Shown here one piece after another: positions 26,728 to 37,008 of a DNA stretch of 64,000 nucleotides. The number at the start of each line of letters is the position of its first letter. Within the stretch, counting starts at the first letter, position 1. The notes below the pieces were generated by a model. That model was not told where the DNA came from, ran no database searches, and saw only the letters and a list, made by a program, of their open reading frames with translations. The stretch comes from Candidatus Faeciplasma pullistercoris (GTDB lineage: Bacteria > Bacillota > Clostridia > Oscillospirales > Ruminococcaceae). The stretch lies in NCBI GenBank assembly GCA_018715525.1, contig DVLL01000017.1, forward strand, positions 15,070 through 79,069. Direction: 5' to 3'. A program made the position numbers and the translations under genes.

Positions 26728-27858
26728 ATGCATACGTCCATAGCTGAAAATTTACTGACGTTCCTTAGGAAAAACGTCGTAATGTGCGTTGCGCTTCTGG
26801 CAGCTCTGATAACCTCCTTTATCGTCCCGGTGGATTCTGAGTATCTGGGCTACTTCGACTACAAAACTCTTGCCTGCCTGTTTTGCGTGCTTGCCGTTGT
26901 CTGCGCTCTCAAGGACGTCAACTTCTTCTATATCCTTGCGGAAAAAGTCGTACAGCACTTCAAAAACCTTCGGGTGTGCGTGCTTGTCTTAGTGTACATA
27001 ACCTTTATCGGCTCTATGCTCATAGCCAATGACATGGCGCTTCTGACCTTCCTGCCACTCGGATATTTCGTGCTGTCGTCTACCGGTAAGCAAAAATACA
27101 TGGCTTATGTTTTTATCCTCCAGAATATCGCGGCAAACCTCGGAGGAATGCTCACGCCTTTTGGCAACCCTCAGAACCTCTACCTATACACCAAGTTTGA
27201 AATACCGAACCTTGAGTTCATGGAGATAATGGCTCCGCCTTTTGTTGCGGCTATCGCGATAATAACGGTGTGCTGCCTTATCCTCCCCGCCGAAAAGCTG
27301 AGCCTTGACGATACTCCTCCAAAGCTTGATGTAAAGCGCACCGCCTTCTATCTTGTTCTGTTTGCGCTTTCGATAGCGATAGTATTCAGGGGAGTACCCT
27401 ATCAAATAGGCTTGGTCGTTATCTTTATCGCTCTTATGATCGCCGACAGGCACGCTCTTGCAAGCGTTGACTACCCTCTGCTCCTGACGTTTGTGTTCTT
27501 CTTTATCTTTGCCGGGAACATGGCAAGGATACAGCCCGTCGTCACGCTTCTGTCCGGACTTCTTGATAAGAGCACTCTTTTGTTCAGCATAATAAGCTGC
27601 CAGTTTATAAGCAACGTGCCCTCCGCGATACTTCTTTCGGGATTTACCGACAACTACGCCGACCTGCTTGTCGGAGTGAACATAGGCGGTGTGGGAACGA
27701 TTATAGCGTCACTTGCAAGCCTTATAACCTTCCGCGAGTACCACAGGCACAACCCCAAAAAGACGCTTAGGTATCTTGGCGAATTCTCGCTTTTGAACTT
27801 CGGATTTTTGATTTTCCTGACGGTGTTCCAAACCGTTGTGGATTCGCTTACAGTCTGA
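26728..27858 (+). CDS. anion permease of the ArsB/NhaD (CitMHS-like) superfamily
   Basis: 376 aa and highly hydrophobic, with roughly 10 TM helices. The block GGMLTPFGNPQNLYLY recalls the ArsB/NhaD/SLC13-type permease motif. Substrate unknown. Confidence 0.55.
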   Translation: MHTSIAENLLTFLRKNVVMCVALLAALITSFIVPVDSEYLGYFDYKTLACLFCVLAVVCALKDVNFFYILAEKVVQHFKNLRVCVLVLVYITFIGSMLIANDMALLTFLPLGYFVLSSTGKQKYMAYVFILQNIAANLGGMLTPFGNPQNLYLYTKFEIPNLEFMEIMAPPFVAAIAIITVCCLILPAEKLSLDDTPPKLDVKRTAFYLVLFALSIAIVFRGVPYQIGLVVIFIALMIADRHALASVDYPLLLTFVFFFIFAGNMARIQPVVTLLSGLLDKSTLLFSIISCQFISNVPSAILLSGFTDNYADLLVGVNIGGVGTIIASLASLITFREYHRHNPKKTLRYLGEFSLLNFGFLIFLTVFQTVVDSLTV

Positions 27859-27920
27859 GATCGCGCAATGAATCGCGCAATGAAATAATGCCCGAGCAGC
27901 AATCTGCCCGGGCTTTTATT

Positions 27921-29261
27921 TTACCTATTGAGCTTGTCAATGGAGTTTTCGTAATCCTTGCGAAGTTTTTCCTCCGCCTCGTCGCGCAAAAACTTCCTTC
28001 TTGCGTATTCTGTCTCGCCGAGGTTTCCGGCAAGGTAATTTTCTTCGTTTGTATACGCGGTATTGTCCAGCAGAGCGTTGAGCGTACGCTCGCGGTTATC
28101 GAGGTTTTTAAGCTTTTGCTCATACTCTTCACGGAGCTTTTTGCGCTCTTTCTCTTTCTCAAGCTCCTGCTCATGCTGCTCCTCGCGCAGCTCTTGGTCC
28201 TGTGCAAGCCTTCCTCTGAGCTCATCAAGGCGTTGTTTGGTGTAGAACTCTTTATCCTCGATTTCTCTTTCGAGAACCCTCTCGCAGACGCTGTCTATCT
28301 GAGGATCCCTGATGTCTTCCGGAACATTCTCATAAAAGTCCGTCCTGAACTTCATCGCCTCGATAAAGACAAAGTCGAAGTTTTTGCCGAGTCCGCGCTT
28401 TATCAGAACCTCGATTATCCTGTCTATGTCGGCCTTTGCACTGCCGTACTTGCCGTTTTTAACCCAGAACGCAAAGGCGTATATATGCACGCTGTAGGCA
28501 TACTTTATCCACTGCTTTTGATAGTCTTTATCAAACCAGTACTTGCCGCTTTTCAGATTGCTCCACTTTGCGACTTCAAACGGCTGCGGTCTGAACATTT
28601 CCCACTTGTTATTCTTGAACTCCTGATACATGCAGTCCGCGACATGCTGAACAAGCAGCCCCTCAGGTATGCTCGCCTTAACATCATGTGCGTTATCGTA
28701 TGCAGATGAGGCAAACATCATATCCCATGCAATCTCGTAGTCGTTCGGTATGGGATACTTTTTGCCGTCCGGGCCTTCCATTTCAACAGCGCCTTTTGTC
28801 ATGGCGTAGATCGCTTTTTTCGCCTTATCCTTTGCGACGCCGCGCATGGATGCCAAATAGGCAAAAATTATAATGTACACTACGATAAGTGCAATAACAA
28901 AAATCACATTGGCCACGCCCGTCTCGATAAACTCGGATGGAGTCATGAGCGTTCCGTCACTGTGCATGAAAATATTTAAAAAGAAGGTGACAAAACAGCC
29001 GACAGATCCGAGCAAAAAGTTTATTTGCTTTTGAGTCTTTTCCCTTCGGGTGTCGAGAGGCTGAGGCATTGAAAACCACATGTTTACAACCATCGCCACA
29101 GGCGTCACAAAGAAGCACGCGCCGGCCCAGTACCACACCCAGTTGAGCAGGCAAGATAGAACAAACAGCGCGACCGAAAAAACAAATCCGAACACGCCGT
29201 AGCCCGTGACCTTCTTCTTCTTGAAAATCGGTACAAATTTCTTTGAGTTGCTTGAACTCAT
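27921..29261 (-). CDS. hypothetical membrane protein: four N-terminal TM helices, an aromatic-rich soluble domain and a C-terminal charged coiled coil
   Basis: The start at 29261 (MSSSNSKKF) follows GGGAG. The TM helices lie in the first ~170 aa. The C-terminal ~110 aa are Glu/Lys/Arg-rich heptad-like sequence (ELREEQHEQELEKEKERKKLREEYEQKLKNLDNRE). I recognise no family or catalytic motif. Confidence 0.6.
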   Translation of the reverse strand: MSSSNSKKFVPIFKKKKVTGYGVFGFVFSVALFVLSCLLNWVWYWAGACFFVTPVAMVVNMWFSMPQPLDTRREKTQKQINFLLGSVGCFVTFFLNIFMHSDGTLMTPSEFIETGVANVIFVIALIVVYIIIFAYLASMRGVAKDKAKKAIYAMTKGAVEMEGPDGKKYPIPNDYEIAWDMMFASSAYDNAHDVKASIPEGLLVQHVADCMYQEFKNNKWEMFRPQPFEVAKWSNLKSGKYWFDKDYQKQWIKYAYSVHIYAFAFWVKNGKYGSAKADIDRIIEVLIKRGLGKNFDFVFIEAMKFRTDFYENVPEDIRDPQIDSVCERVLEREIEDKEFYTKQRLDELRGRLAQDQELREEQHEQELEKEKERKKLREEYEQKLKNLDNRERTLNALLDNTAYTNEENYLAGNLGETEYARRKFLRDEAEEKLRKDYENSIDKLNR

Positions 29262-29393
29262 TTTACACACTCCCGATTCCGCCGGCGGGCGGCGGATGAT
29301 ATCCGGCCGTGGGAGCATCTATATCTCCCGCAGCCGTGCCGGGGGATAAGAGCAGTTTGAACGCCGCGCAGGCATTATTTGCTCATAAAAAAG

Positions 29394-30248
29394 TTATCTT
29401 GAGGCAGCTATCTTCGCGGCGGTGTAGGTGTTTCTCATCAGCATCGCTATTGTCATAGGTCCTACGCCTCCGGGAACAGGAGTTATGTAGCCCGCGACCT
29501 TTGAGACCTCATCAAAGTCCACGTCTCCGCAGAGCTTTCCGTTTTCATCCCTGTCCATTCCGACATCGATTACGACGGCTCCCGGCTTGACCATATCCGC
29601 CTTTATCATCTTTGCCTTGCCGGTGGCGACAACAAGTATGTCCGCCTCGAGGCATTCCTTCTTAAGGTCGGCAGTCTTCGAGTGGCACATTGTCACCGTG
29701 CCGTTGGCGTGCAAAAGCAGCATTGCCATCGGCTTTCCTACTATATTGCTCCTTCCCACGACAACGCATTTCTTTCCCGCTATTTCTACGCCGGTCGACT
29801 TTATAAGCTCCATAATTCCCGCAGGGGTGCATGGCAAAAAGTTATAGTCGCCGGTCATTATCCTGCCCACATTTGCCGGGTGAAAAGCGTCCACATCCTT
29901 CATCGGCGATATAGACTCTATGACGGCCTTCTCGCTTATATGCTTTGGAAGAGGCAGCTGGCAGAGTATGCCGTGAACCTCGGAAGTGTGGTTAAGCTTA
30001 TTTACAAGCTCCTTGAGCTCCTCCTCGGTGGTGCTCTCAGGCATGAGGTACTCAAACGACTTAAAGCCTACCTCCTCGCATGCCTTCTTCTTGTTTCTCA
30101 CATATATCTGTGACGCTGGATCCGAGCCTACGAGTATGACCGCCAGTCCGGGAGTTACGCCGGTTTCCGCGATGAAGCGGGCAGTCTCCTCCTTGATAGA
30201 ACCGCGAATCTGCGCGGATATCTTCTTTCCGTCTATAATTTCAGCCAT
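29394..30248 (-). CDS. folD: bifunctional methylenetetrahydrofolate dehydrogenase/methenyl-THF cyclohydrolase
   Basis: 284 aa with the canonical FolD blocks [37 protein letters not shown] and [14 protein letters not shown]. Confidence 0.95.
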   Translation of the reverse strand: MAEIIDGKKISAQIRGSIKEETARFIAETGVTPGLAVILVGSDPASQIYVRNKKKACEEVGFKSFEYLMPESTTEEELKELVNKLNHTSEVHGILCQLPLPKHISEKAVIESISPMKDVDAFHPANVGRIMTGDYNFLPCTPAGIMELIKSTGVEIAGKKCVVVGRSNIVGKPMAMLLLHANGTVTMCHSKTADLKKECLEADILVVATGKAKMIKADMVKPGAVVIDVGMDRDENGKLCGDVDFDEVSKVAGYITPVPGGVGPMTIAMLMRNTYTAAKIAASR

Positions 30249-30342
30249 ATTTGTCCTCCTGATATATCTTTATGCGCTTACCGGCAGCAGGAATATCCCG
30301 CCGCCGGCTGCTCTTCCTTGTCTTTGACGCTTATCCTATGCG

Positions 30343-31611
30343 TCAGCCGGTGACCTTGTCGTCCGAGCTGCCGTCATCGCAGCTTTTTTGCTTCCCGGCT
30401 TCATCGTCTGAGGCTTCCTCGCTTAAAGCATCGCCGCTGTCAGCTTCGGAATCAGGCTGCGCTTCATCTGATGCATTGTCCGAGACGTTGCCTGAGGCTT
30501 CGTCTGAGACCTCATCGCCGTCTTCCTCTGAAGCATCATCCTCAGCAAGTATATGCTCATCGACCTCGTCGTTTGCGTGCTTGCCTCTTTTTCTCTTGGA
30601 ATCAAGCCTGCTTTGCTCATACAGCCTGAGCATCTCTCTGGACTCCTCAGAGTCGCAGTAAAGCAGCTTGCCCCTCTTCTTGACGGTGATGTACATGTAA
30701 ACCAGTATCATAAGCGCGAATATCACGCATGTTCCAGCCACGAGCTGAGAAATCTTGAGCTGGATGGTGTCGTTGTTGATAAGGTACAGGCTGTCCGTCC
30801 TCAGACCCTCGATCCAGAACCTTCCCAGTCCGTACCAGCCTATATACAAAAGGAACAGCTCGCCGTCAAACTTGCGGTGCTTTGAATAGAAGTGCAGGGC
30901 TATAAATCCTACCAGACACCAAAGCGACTCATACAGGAAGCAGGGGTGCGCTATCATCTCTCTTGCTCTGTTTGTGACTATCGTCACATTCTCGGGATAG
31001 TAGAAAAAGTACAGCTCGTTGATTATTTTCTTTGAGGTCATGCCCCACGGCAGGGTGGTCATCGAGCCGTAAGCCTCCTCGTTGAAGAAGTTTCCCCAGC
31101 GTCCGATGCACTGTCCTATCAGGAAGCCCATGCCTGCAAGGTCAAGCAGCGTGCCTATCTTCACCTTTCTTATCTTAGCCACTACCAGTCCGAACAAAAG
31201 CGCGCCTATCACTCCGCCGTAAATGGCAAGTCCGCCGTCGCGAATACTCAGAGCCTCGACTATATCGAAGGTGCCGTCGTCCGTAATGTATTTGTCAAGG
31301 CTGAATATTACATAGTACGCTCTCGCGCCGATTATTCCGCCTATAAAGCCTGCCAAAACGGTGTCGGTAAACCTGTCCGGCTCGAGTCCGAACTTCTTGA
31401 CCCTTGTAAACGCATAGATCATCGCAAGCGCCATTCCGAGCGCTATCAGGAAACCATACCAGTAAATCTCAAAGGTCGTTCCGGGTATGGTGACCATTAC
31501 ATTGTCAATCTTGAGTCCGTTCTCAAAAAGACCGCTGTTCGGGAAATATAATACTCCGTCCTCGCCGTCCAAGATCTGACGAACCAAATCAGTTGTCATT
31601 GCCATTAGCAT
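30343..31611 (-). CDS. lgt: prolipoprotein diacylglyceryl transferase with an acidic C-terminal tail of about 100 aa
   Basis: Lgt blocks GRWGNFFNEEAYG and YPTFLYESLW-like (HPCFLYESLWC). The tail is rich in Asp, Glu and Ser. Confidence 0.9.
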   Translation of the reverse strand: MLMAMTTDLVRQILDGEDGVLYFPNSGLFENGLKIDNVMVTIPGTTFEIYWYGFLIALGMALAMIYAFTRVKKFGLEPDRFTDTVLAGFIGGIIGARAYYVIFSLDKYITDDGTFDIVEALSIRDGGLAIYGGVIGALLFGLVVAKIRKVKIGTLLDLAGMGFLIGQCIGRWGNFFNEEAYGSMTTLPWGMTSKKIINELYFFYYPENVTIVTNRAREMIAHPCFLYESLWCLVGFIALHFYSKHRKFDGELFLLYIGWYGLGRFWIEGLRTDSLYLINNDTIQLKISQLVAGTCVIFALMILVYMYITVKKRGKLLYCDSEESREMLRLYEQSRLDSKRKRGKHANDEVDEHILAEDDASEEDGDEVSDEASGNVSDNASDEAQPDSEADSGDALSEEASDDEAGKQKSCDDGSSDDKVTG

Positions 31612-31639
31612 ATCAGTCTGTTGTTTCCTTCCTGTTCTA

Positions 31640-32923
31640 TTACTTCAAAGGCTCTACTATGGAAATAGCGGAGCGCTCTGCATCCAATAGCTCGTCAAGC
31701 GCGCCGGCGACGTCCTCATAGGTTATCGAAGCGAGGATCTCTATCGCGTCAAACGGCTTGCTTTGAGTCATGTGAGCGTTAAGCATGAGCGACGCGCAGC
31801 TTTCAGCGCTGCCGAACGCCCTTATGGCTGAGGCATACCTCGACTTTTTAAGGCTTTCAAACTCTGAGCGGTCAAGTCCCTCGCGTTTTACTCTGGCGAT
31901 CTCCTCGTTGACCATGGCTCTAAACTTTTCAGGATCGTTTGATTCTCCCTCGAGGAGGTTGACAAAGTAGCCGTCGCCGTCAAGAGTCTCCGACTCAAAG
32001 CTTGAGTTAATAAGACCCGCCCTCAGGCAATCCTGATAGAACTTTGTAGTGGAGCCGAAAATGAGATCCATCAAAAACGCGCTCTCAAACTCCTTCTTTA
32101 TCATCTCGGCGCCGATACACGGCTTTGCCTTAAAGCCTATGGCGAACAGCGGAACTCCAACCGGCATACTGCACTTATATTCGCTCTGAACAACGGTGTC
32201 CGGCTCGTTCGGGAAAACGCACTCAAGACCTGCGTCCTCGCAGGGCTTCAAAAGCCTGTCCGCAACCTCAAGCACATCGTCAACCCGGCAGTTTCCAGCA
32301 ACCGAGAGCACCATATTATTGAGGTTATAGAAGGTGTAATAGCAGCGGTACAAAAGGTCGGCGTTGATCTTCGCTATAGAGTCCACCGTTCCCGCTATGC
32401 CTATCCTGACAGGATGACTGTGATAAACCGCCTTTAAAAGATTGAAGAAGACCGCCACATACGGGTTGTCCTCGCCCATCTTTATCTCCTGAGCGATTAT
32501 GCCCTGCTCCTTGTCTACTGTCGCCTGCGTAAAATACGGCTTCTGAACAAAGTCGAGAAGTATTGAAAGAGACTCGGGGAAATTCTCTGTACAGCTGAAA
32601 AGATACGCGGTTCTTCCGAATGAGGTATAGGCGTTTCCGCTCGCTCCCGTCTTCGCGTAAAGCTCGAAAACGTCGCAGTCCTCGTTCTCAAAAAGCTTAT
32701 GCTCCAAAAAGTGAGCTATTCCCTCAGGCACGGTGACAAAGTCGGCGTCGTTTTTGGTCTTGAAGGTGGTGTTGACAGAGCCGTACTTCGTTCCGAAAAG
32801 CGCGAAGGCGGTGTTATAGCCCTCCATCTCCATGACATATATCGAAAGACCGGTAGGGTGCTTGATATAGTAGTACTTTTCGCCTGTGCGCTCGTTTACT
32901 ATAAGCTGCTTTTCATAGTTCAT
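31640..32923 (-). CDS. M16 family zinc peptidase (active-site subunit)
   Basis: The inverted zinc motif HxxEH is present as HFLEH within GIAHFLEHKLF. About 427 aa. Confidence 0.85.
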   Translation of the reverse strand: MNYEKQLIVNERTGEKYYYIKHPTGLSIYVMEMEGYNTAFALFGTKYGSVNTTFKTKNDADFVTVPEGIAHFLEHKLFENEDCDVFELYAKTGASGNAYTSFGRTAYLFSCTENFPESLSILLDFVQKPYFTQATVDKEQGIIAQEIKMGEDNPYVAVFFNLLKAVYHSHPVRIGIAGTVDSIAKINADLLYRCYYTFYNLNNMVLSVAGNCRVDDVLEVADRLLKPCEDAGLECVFPNEPDTVVQSEYKCSMPVGVPLFAIGFKAKPCIGAEMIKKEFESAFLMDLIFGSTTKFYQDCLRAGLINSSFESETLDGDGYFVNLLEGESNDPEKFRAMVNEEIARVKREGLDRSEFESLKKSRYASAIRAFGSAESCASLMLNAHMTQSKPFDAIEILASITYEDVAGALDELLDAERSAISIVEPLK

Positions 32924-32938
32924 TTATCTATTCCCTCC

Positions 32939-34195
32939 TCAGTCTCTCTGGACATAGACTGTGTCAAGCTTAAAGCTCTTGGCAAGGTTTATTACATCCT
33001 CGCGGGTGACCTCGTTGAGCTTCTCAATATATTCCTCGGGAGTAAGCACCTCGCCTCTGAGGTTGCCGCAGGCATACCAGTCGTCTATCAGGAAGATCTT
33101 ATCCTCCCTCGAGCGGTAGGAGTTGGCAAGTATCAGCTTTGCGCTCCGGAGCTCATCCTCGGTGACCTCGCCGTCCGCAATAAGAGAAAGCTGGCGGATT
33201 ATCTCGTTCTTAGCCTTTTCAATATTATCGAACTCCACCGCGCTGACTACAAACATCGTGCCCTTTGTCTCCGAGTATATCGACTGGCAGAAATAGCAAA
33301 GGCTCATCTTCTCCCTGACATTGGCGAAAAGCTTGGAGAACGGCGCTCCTCCGTAGACGCAGGAGAGTACCTGAGCAGTCCTGAGATCATGCTTCTCCGG
33401 CTTGAACGCCATGACAAGGTTTGCCTGCGCCACGCTCATGTGCTTTGTCACATACTCCGGCTCCGGCTTTATTGGGCTGTAGCTGAGGAAGCTCGGGGTA
33501 CTCCAGCTTTGGCGGTCGGTCTTAAACGCCTTCTCAAGCACCTTTATCGCGTCGTCAAAGCCGCCGTGACCGCAGAAGGAAATCTCGACCTTAGCTTTCT
33601 TGAGCACCCTCTTATACACCTCATACGCCTCCGCGGGCGTTACCTTTTCAACGGCCTCTCTGCTGCCGTAATACTTGCAGGCTCTCGCCTCGCCCCTGTA
33701 TACAGTCTCAAAGGAGAGACCCATGGCATAGGATATCTTGTCGTTTATCTCGGCGTCTATGGCGTCAAGAAGATCCTTTCTTCTCATCTCAAACTCGTCC
33801 GCAGCAAAGCCCCCTTGCTCAACAGCCGGATCAAAGATGCAGCCGACAAGCAGCTTTGACACGTCGTCTGATATCCTGTCTCCGCCAAGAGCGTATCTGT
33901 CAGCTAAAAAGTCCGCGCTGATTTTAAGCTCGTAGATGTCTCCCATCTGGTTGACAGCTCCCGATACGGTAGTTCCGTAAAGAGCGTTTAATTTTTTGTT
34001 GAACTCAGTGCCGGTAGGATATTCCGCGCTGCACGAGGTCAGAACGGCGGGAATCAGCGCTAATGCAGCCGCGTCCTTCTCGCTGTACTCGGTCATGAAC
34101 CTGATAAAAACGGTATTTGTCTTGAATTTGGGGTCTGAAATCTGAGACAGATAAACTCCGCCGCCCAAATCCCTTCTATCGTATGAACTGCGCAA
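32939..34195 (-). CDS. M16 family peptidase-like protein lacking the HxxEH motif (non-catalytic partner)
   Basis: Same size and fold pattern as its neighbour but with no HxxEH. TTG start after AGAGGTGAG. The pairing resembles Bacillus ymfF/ymfH. Confidence 0.75.
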   Translation of the reverse strand: MRSSYDRRDLGGGVYLSQISDPKFKTNTVFIRFMTEYSEKDAAALALIPAVLTSCSAEYPTGTEFNKKLNALYGTTVSGAVNQMGDIYELKISADFLADRYALGGDRISDDVSKLLVGCIFDPAVEQGGFAADEFEMRRKDLLDAIDAEINDKISYAMGLSFETVYRGEARACKYYGSREAVEKVTPAEAYEVYKRVLKKAKVEISFCGHGGFDDAIKVLEKAFKTDRQSWSTPSFLSYSPIKPEPEYVTKHMSVAQANLVMAFKPEKHDLRTAQVLSCVYGGAPFSKLFANVREKMSLCYFCQSIYSETKGTMFVVSAVEFDNIEKAKNEIIRQLSLIADGEVTEDELRSAKLILANSYRSREDKIFLIDDWYACGNLRGEVLTPEEYIEKLNEVTREDVINLAKSFKLDTVYVQRD

Positions 34196-34514
34196 TATAA
34201 CTCACCTCTAATGCTATAATGAAAAACAGATAGGTTTATTGTACCACACGCTTTCAATTTATGCAAGTATAAGCTAAGAATATGGCGAAAAAACGCAAAA
34301 GCCGCGTCCGGGGACAATACAGGAAATATTTTGTATATTTGCCTCTATTCAAATAGTATCAGCTGCATTCACGCCTGTCAATATAAATATGAAAATCAGG
34401 AATCCCGTAAGTTTATAATAGCCTTGTTCCTTTGGCGCTCCCCCGGACGTAAAAAATCCCGCCCCGCCGCATTATCCGCGGCAGAGCGGGGCTTTACTCA
34501 AAATTACGACTTTA

Positions 34515-35765
34515 TCAGCCGTTAACGCTTTCAGTCTGGCTCTCCAGCTTCGGCTGGTCGGAGCCGCCGCCAAGAGCGGCTTTCTTTTCGTCATGCTTAA
34601 ACAAGAGCTTGAGGCAGATAGGAGTGAGCAGCGAGGACACAAGTATCAGCATGATAACCGCCGTGAAGTATCTCTCGTCCAGGAGCCCCACCTCGAGTCC
34701 CTTCTGGGATACGATGAGCGCTACCTCTCCTCTTGTCATCATACCTACGCCGACCTTGATAGAGTCGTTCCACTTGAACTTGAACGCCTTCGCGGTGAGT
34801 CCGCAGCCTATTATCTTGGACAGCAGTCCGACGAGCACGAAGCCTACCGAGAAAAGTATCAGCTCGGCGTCAATGTCGTCAAAGACATACTTTATTCCTA
34901 TGCTGGCAAAGAATATCGGTCCGAAGAACATATACGAGCTTACATCCATCTTCTCGTTGATGTACTTGGAGTCCGGCAGGTTGCAAAGGAGTATACCCGC
35001 TACATACGCGCCGGTAATATCCGCTACTCCGAAGTAGTGGTCGGCGATATAAGCCATGGCAAGGCAGAGCGCAAGACCCATTATCGGGATTCTGCGATGG
35101 TGAGGCGCGCGCTTGTCGATCTTCTTGAAGATAAAGTATATCGCGACGCCTATGGTAGCGCAGAAGACTATGTACAAAAGCGTATCAAGCAGAACGCTTC
35201 CCACGCTGCTTGAGCTCGAGTCCTTGAGGCCTATTACAAAGGTAAGGACTATTATTCCTATTACATCGTCTATGATCGCCGCGCCTGTGATAACAGTACC
35301 GATCCTTGTGTCAAGCTTTCCGAGCTCCTTTAGGGTCTCGACCGTTATGCTGACAGAGGTAGCGGTAAGTATGGTTCCCATAAAGAGCGCCTTGAAGAAC
35401 TCCTCCGTTCCGATGGCTGAAAAGCCGTAGAAGCAGGAGTAAAGCAGCGTTCCGCCGACAAGCGGTACAAAAACGCCCACGCAGGCGGTGACTAACGCCA
35501 TGGGTCCTGACCTTATCAGCTCTTTGAGATTGGTCGTCAGACCCGCCATGAACATCAGGAGTATTACGCCGATCTCGGCGGAGACGTTCAGATAATCAGA
35601 GCCGGAGACAAGACCGAGAATATTAGGACCTATGAGGAGTCCTGCAATGATCTCTCCGACGACCTGAGGAACACCGAGCCTCTTGGCTATCAAGCCGAAC
35701 ACTTTAGCGATAATTAGTATGATTGCCAAGTCACGAATAATGTCAATAACTTCCAAAATAATCAC
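34515..35765 (-). CDS. cation:proton antiporter (CPA2, NapA/KefB-like)
   Basis: 416 aa with about 12 TM helices. The N-terminus LGVPQVVGEIIAGLLIGPNILG is a typical Na_H_Exchanger family signature. Confidence 0.85.
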   Translation of the reverse strand: MIILEVIDIIRDLAIILIIAKVFGLIAKRLGVPQVVGEIIAGLLIGPNILGLVSGSDYLNVSAEIGVILLMFMAGLTTNLKELIRSGPMALVTACVGVFVPLVGGTLLYSCFYGFSAIGTEEFFKALFMGTILTATSVSITVETLKELGKLDTRIGTVITGAAIIDDVIGIIVLTFVIGLKDSSSSSVGSVLLDTLLYIVFCATIGVAIYFIFKKIDKRAPHHRRIPIMGLALCLAMAYIADHYFGVADITGAYVAGILLCNLPDSKYINEKMDVSSYMFFGPIFFASIGIKYVFDDIDAELILFSVGFVLVGLLSKIIGCGLTAKAFKFKWNDSIKVGVGMMTRGEVALIVSQKGLEVGLLDERYFTAVIMLILVSSLLTPICLKLLFKHDEKKAALGGGSDQPKLESQTESVNG

Positions 35766-35867
35766 CTTCTAAGAATTACACCATAAAACATTTTTCGTAA
35801 GCATAACAGCTATTATACTCTTGAGCTTTTTAATTTTCAAGAACCTATTTAAATTTCGTTATTTCGG

Positions 35868-35896
35868 TTGAAATGCCGCTCAAAATCCGTTATAAT
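35868..35896 (+). promoter_or_regulatory. promoter candidate (TTGAAA-17-TATAAT) for the FkbM-type methyltransferase gene
   Basis: Exact -10 and a 17-nt spacer, 45 nt upstream of the ATG at 35941. Confidence 0.55.
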
Positions 35897-35940
35897 ATGG
35901 GCAATTCTTGCAACAGACTGGGCTTTGAGGGTGAAATAAA

Positions 35941-37008
35941 ATGTTTGACATAAACTACTTTTTGGGACTGCCATCCTATATAGATTCTCTGCGTGAGACT
36001 CGCCTGCCGATATTTATTTACGGCATGGGGGACGGCTGCCTTAAGCTGCTGTCCGTCTTTAGCAGTTATAATATCCCTTGCGCGGGAATTTTCGCAAGCG
36101 ACGAATTTGTCAGGGACAAAAGCTTCGAGGGACACAGGATACACAGCCTGGGGGAGATAGAATCGAGTGTAGACGAGTTTATAGTTGTCCTCGCTTTCGG
36201 GGCAGGATACAGGTCGCTGATAGAAAAAATAGACGATATTGGCTCGCGGCATACTCTTTTCGTGCCGGATATGCCGGTTGTTGGAGAGGGACTGTTTACC
36301 AAGGAATACCTTGCGGGAAATTTTGAAAGCATCAGCCGAGTCTATTCCCTGCTTGCCGACGAGCAGTCAAAAAGCTGTTACACAAATCTGCTCGAATACA
36401 GGATAACCGGCGGCATACGCTTTCTCAAGTCCTGCGAGTCGCGTCCCGGCGACGCCATGAAGCTCCTTAAGCTGTCAGGCGACGAAATCTACTGCGACCT
36501 CGGAGCGTATACAGGCGACACCATCGACGAGTTCTTAAATGCGACAGGAGGCAGCTATCGCCGCATATACGCGGCAGAGCCTGACCCGAGAAATTTCAGA
36601 AAGCTCTGTGAAAACACCTGCGGTCTTGCCGGCTTCACACCGATAAACGCCGCTATTGGCGAAAACGACGGGGTAATAACCGTCTTAAAGGGAGGCGGCA
36701 GGATGATAAGAAAATCCGACAAGGGCAGGCAGGTGGCTCTTCGCTCCCTTGACTCCATCCTCGGCGGGGAAAGCTGCACATACATAAAGATGGACGTCGA
36801 GGGCTCTGAGACAGAGGCAATAAGAGGAGGCGCACGCACTATTTCAGCCTGCCAGCCAAAGCTCAATATCGCGCTTTATCACCGGGTAGGCGACATCTTT
36901 GAGCTTCCCCTGCTGGTTCACTCGCTGCTTCCCGAGCACAAGCTGTATATCCGGCACTTCCCTTATTACCCGGCGTGGGACACAAATCTGTACGCCGTAC
37001 CCGACTGA
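35941..37008 (+). CDS. FkbM family SAM-dependent methyltransferase
   Basis: DLGAYTGDT (SAM-binding glycine loop) and IKMDVEGSE are hallmark FkbM (Methyltransf_21) blocks. Confidence 0.8.
   Translation: MFDINYFLGLPSYIDSLRETRLPIFIYGMGDGCLKLLSVFSSYNIPCAGIFASDEFVRDKSFEGHRIHSLGEIESSVDEFIVVLAFGAGYRSLIEKIDDIGSRHTLFVPDMPVVGEGLFTKEYLAGNFESISRVYSLLADEQSKSCYTNLLEYRITGGIRFLKSCESRPGDAMKLLKLSGDEIYCDLGAYTGDTIDEFLNATGGSYRRIYAAEPDPRNFRKLCENTCGLAGFTPINAAIGENDGVITVLKGGGRMIRKSDKGRQVALRSLDSILGGESCTYIKMDVEGSETEAIRGGARTISACQPKLNIALYHRVGDIFELPLLVHSLLPEHKLYIRHFPYYPAWDTNLYAVPD

Noticed and set aside
30249-30342. Possible ZTP (pfl-motif) riboswitch upstream of folD, a common location in Clostridia.
   Set aside because: The spacer is only 94 nt. 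It contains two small hairpins but lacks the conserved GGGUCGUGACUGGCG and CCGCCUGGGCA cores.
30360-30560. Repetitive, low-complexity DNA that might be mistaken for repeat arrays. Examples are the Lgt acidic tail, the RNase J K/Q tract at 19800-19990 and the CARDB Gly/Met linker at about 5480-5580.
   Set aside because: All are in-frame coding low-complexity segments of long ORFs. There are no regularly spaced identical repeats with unique spacers, so none is a CRISPR array or a satellite.
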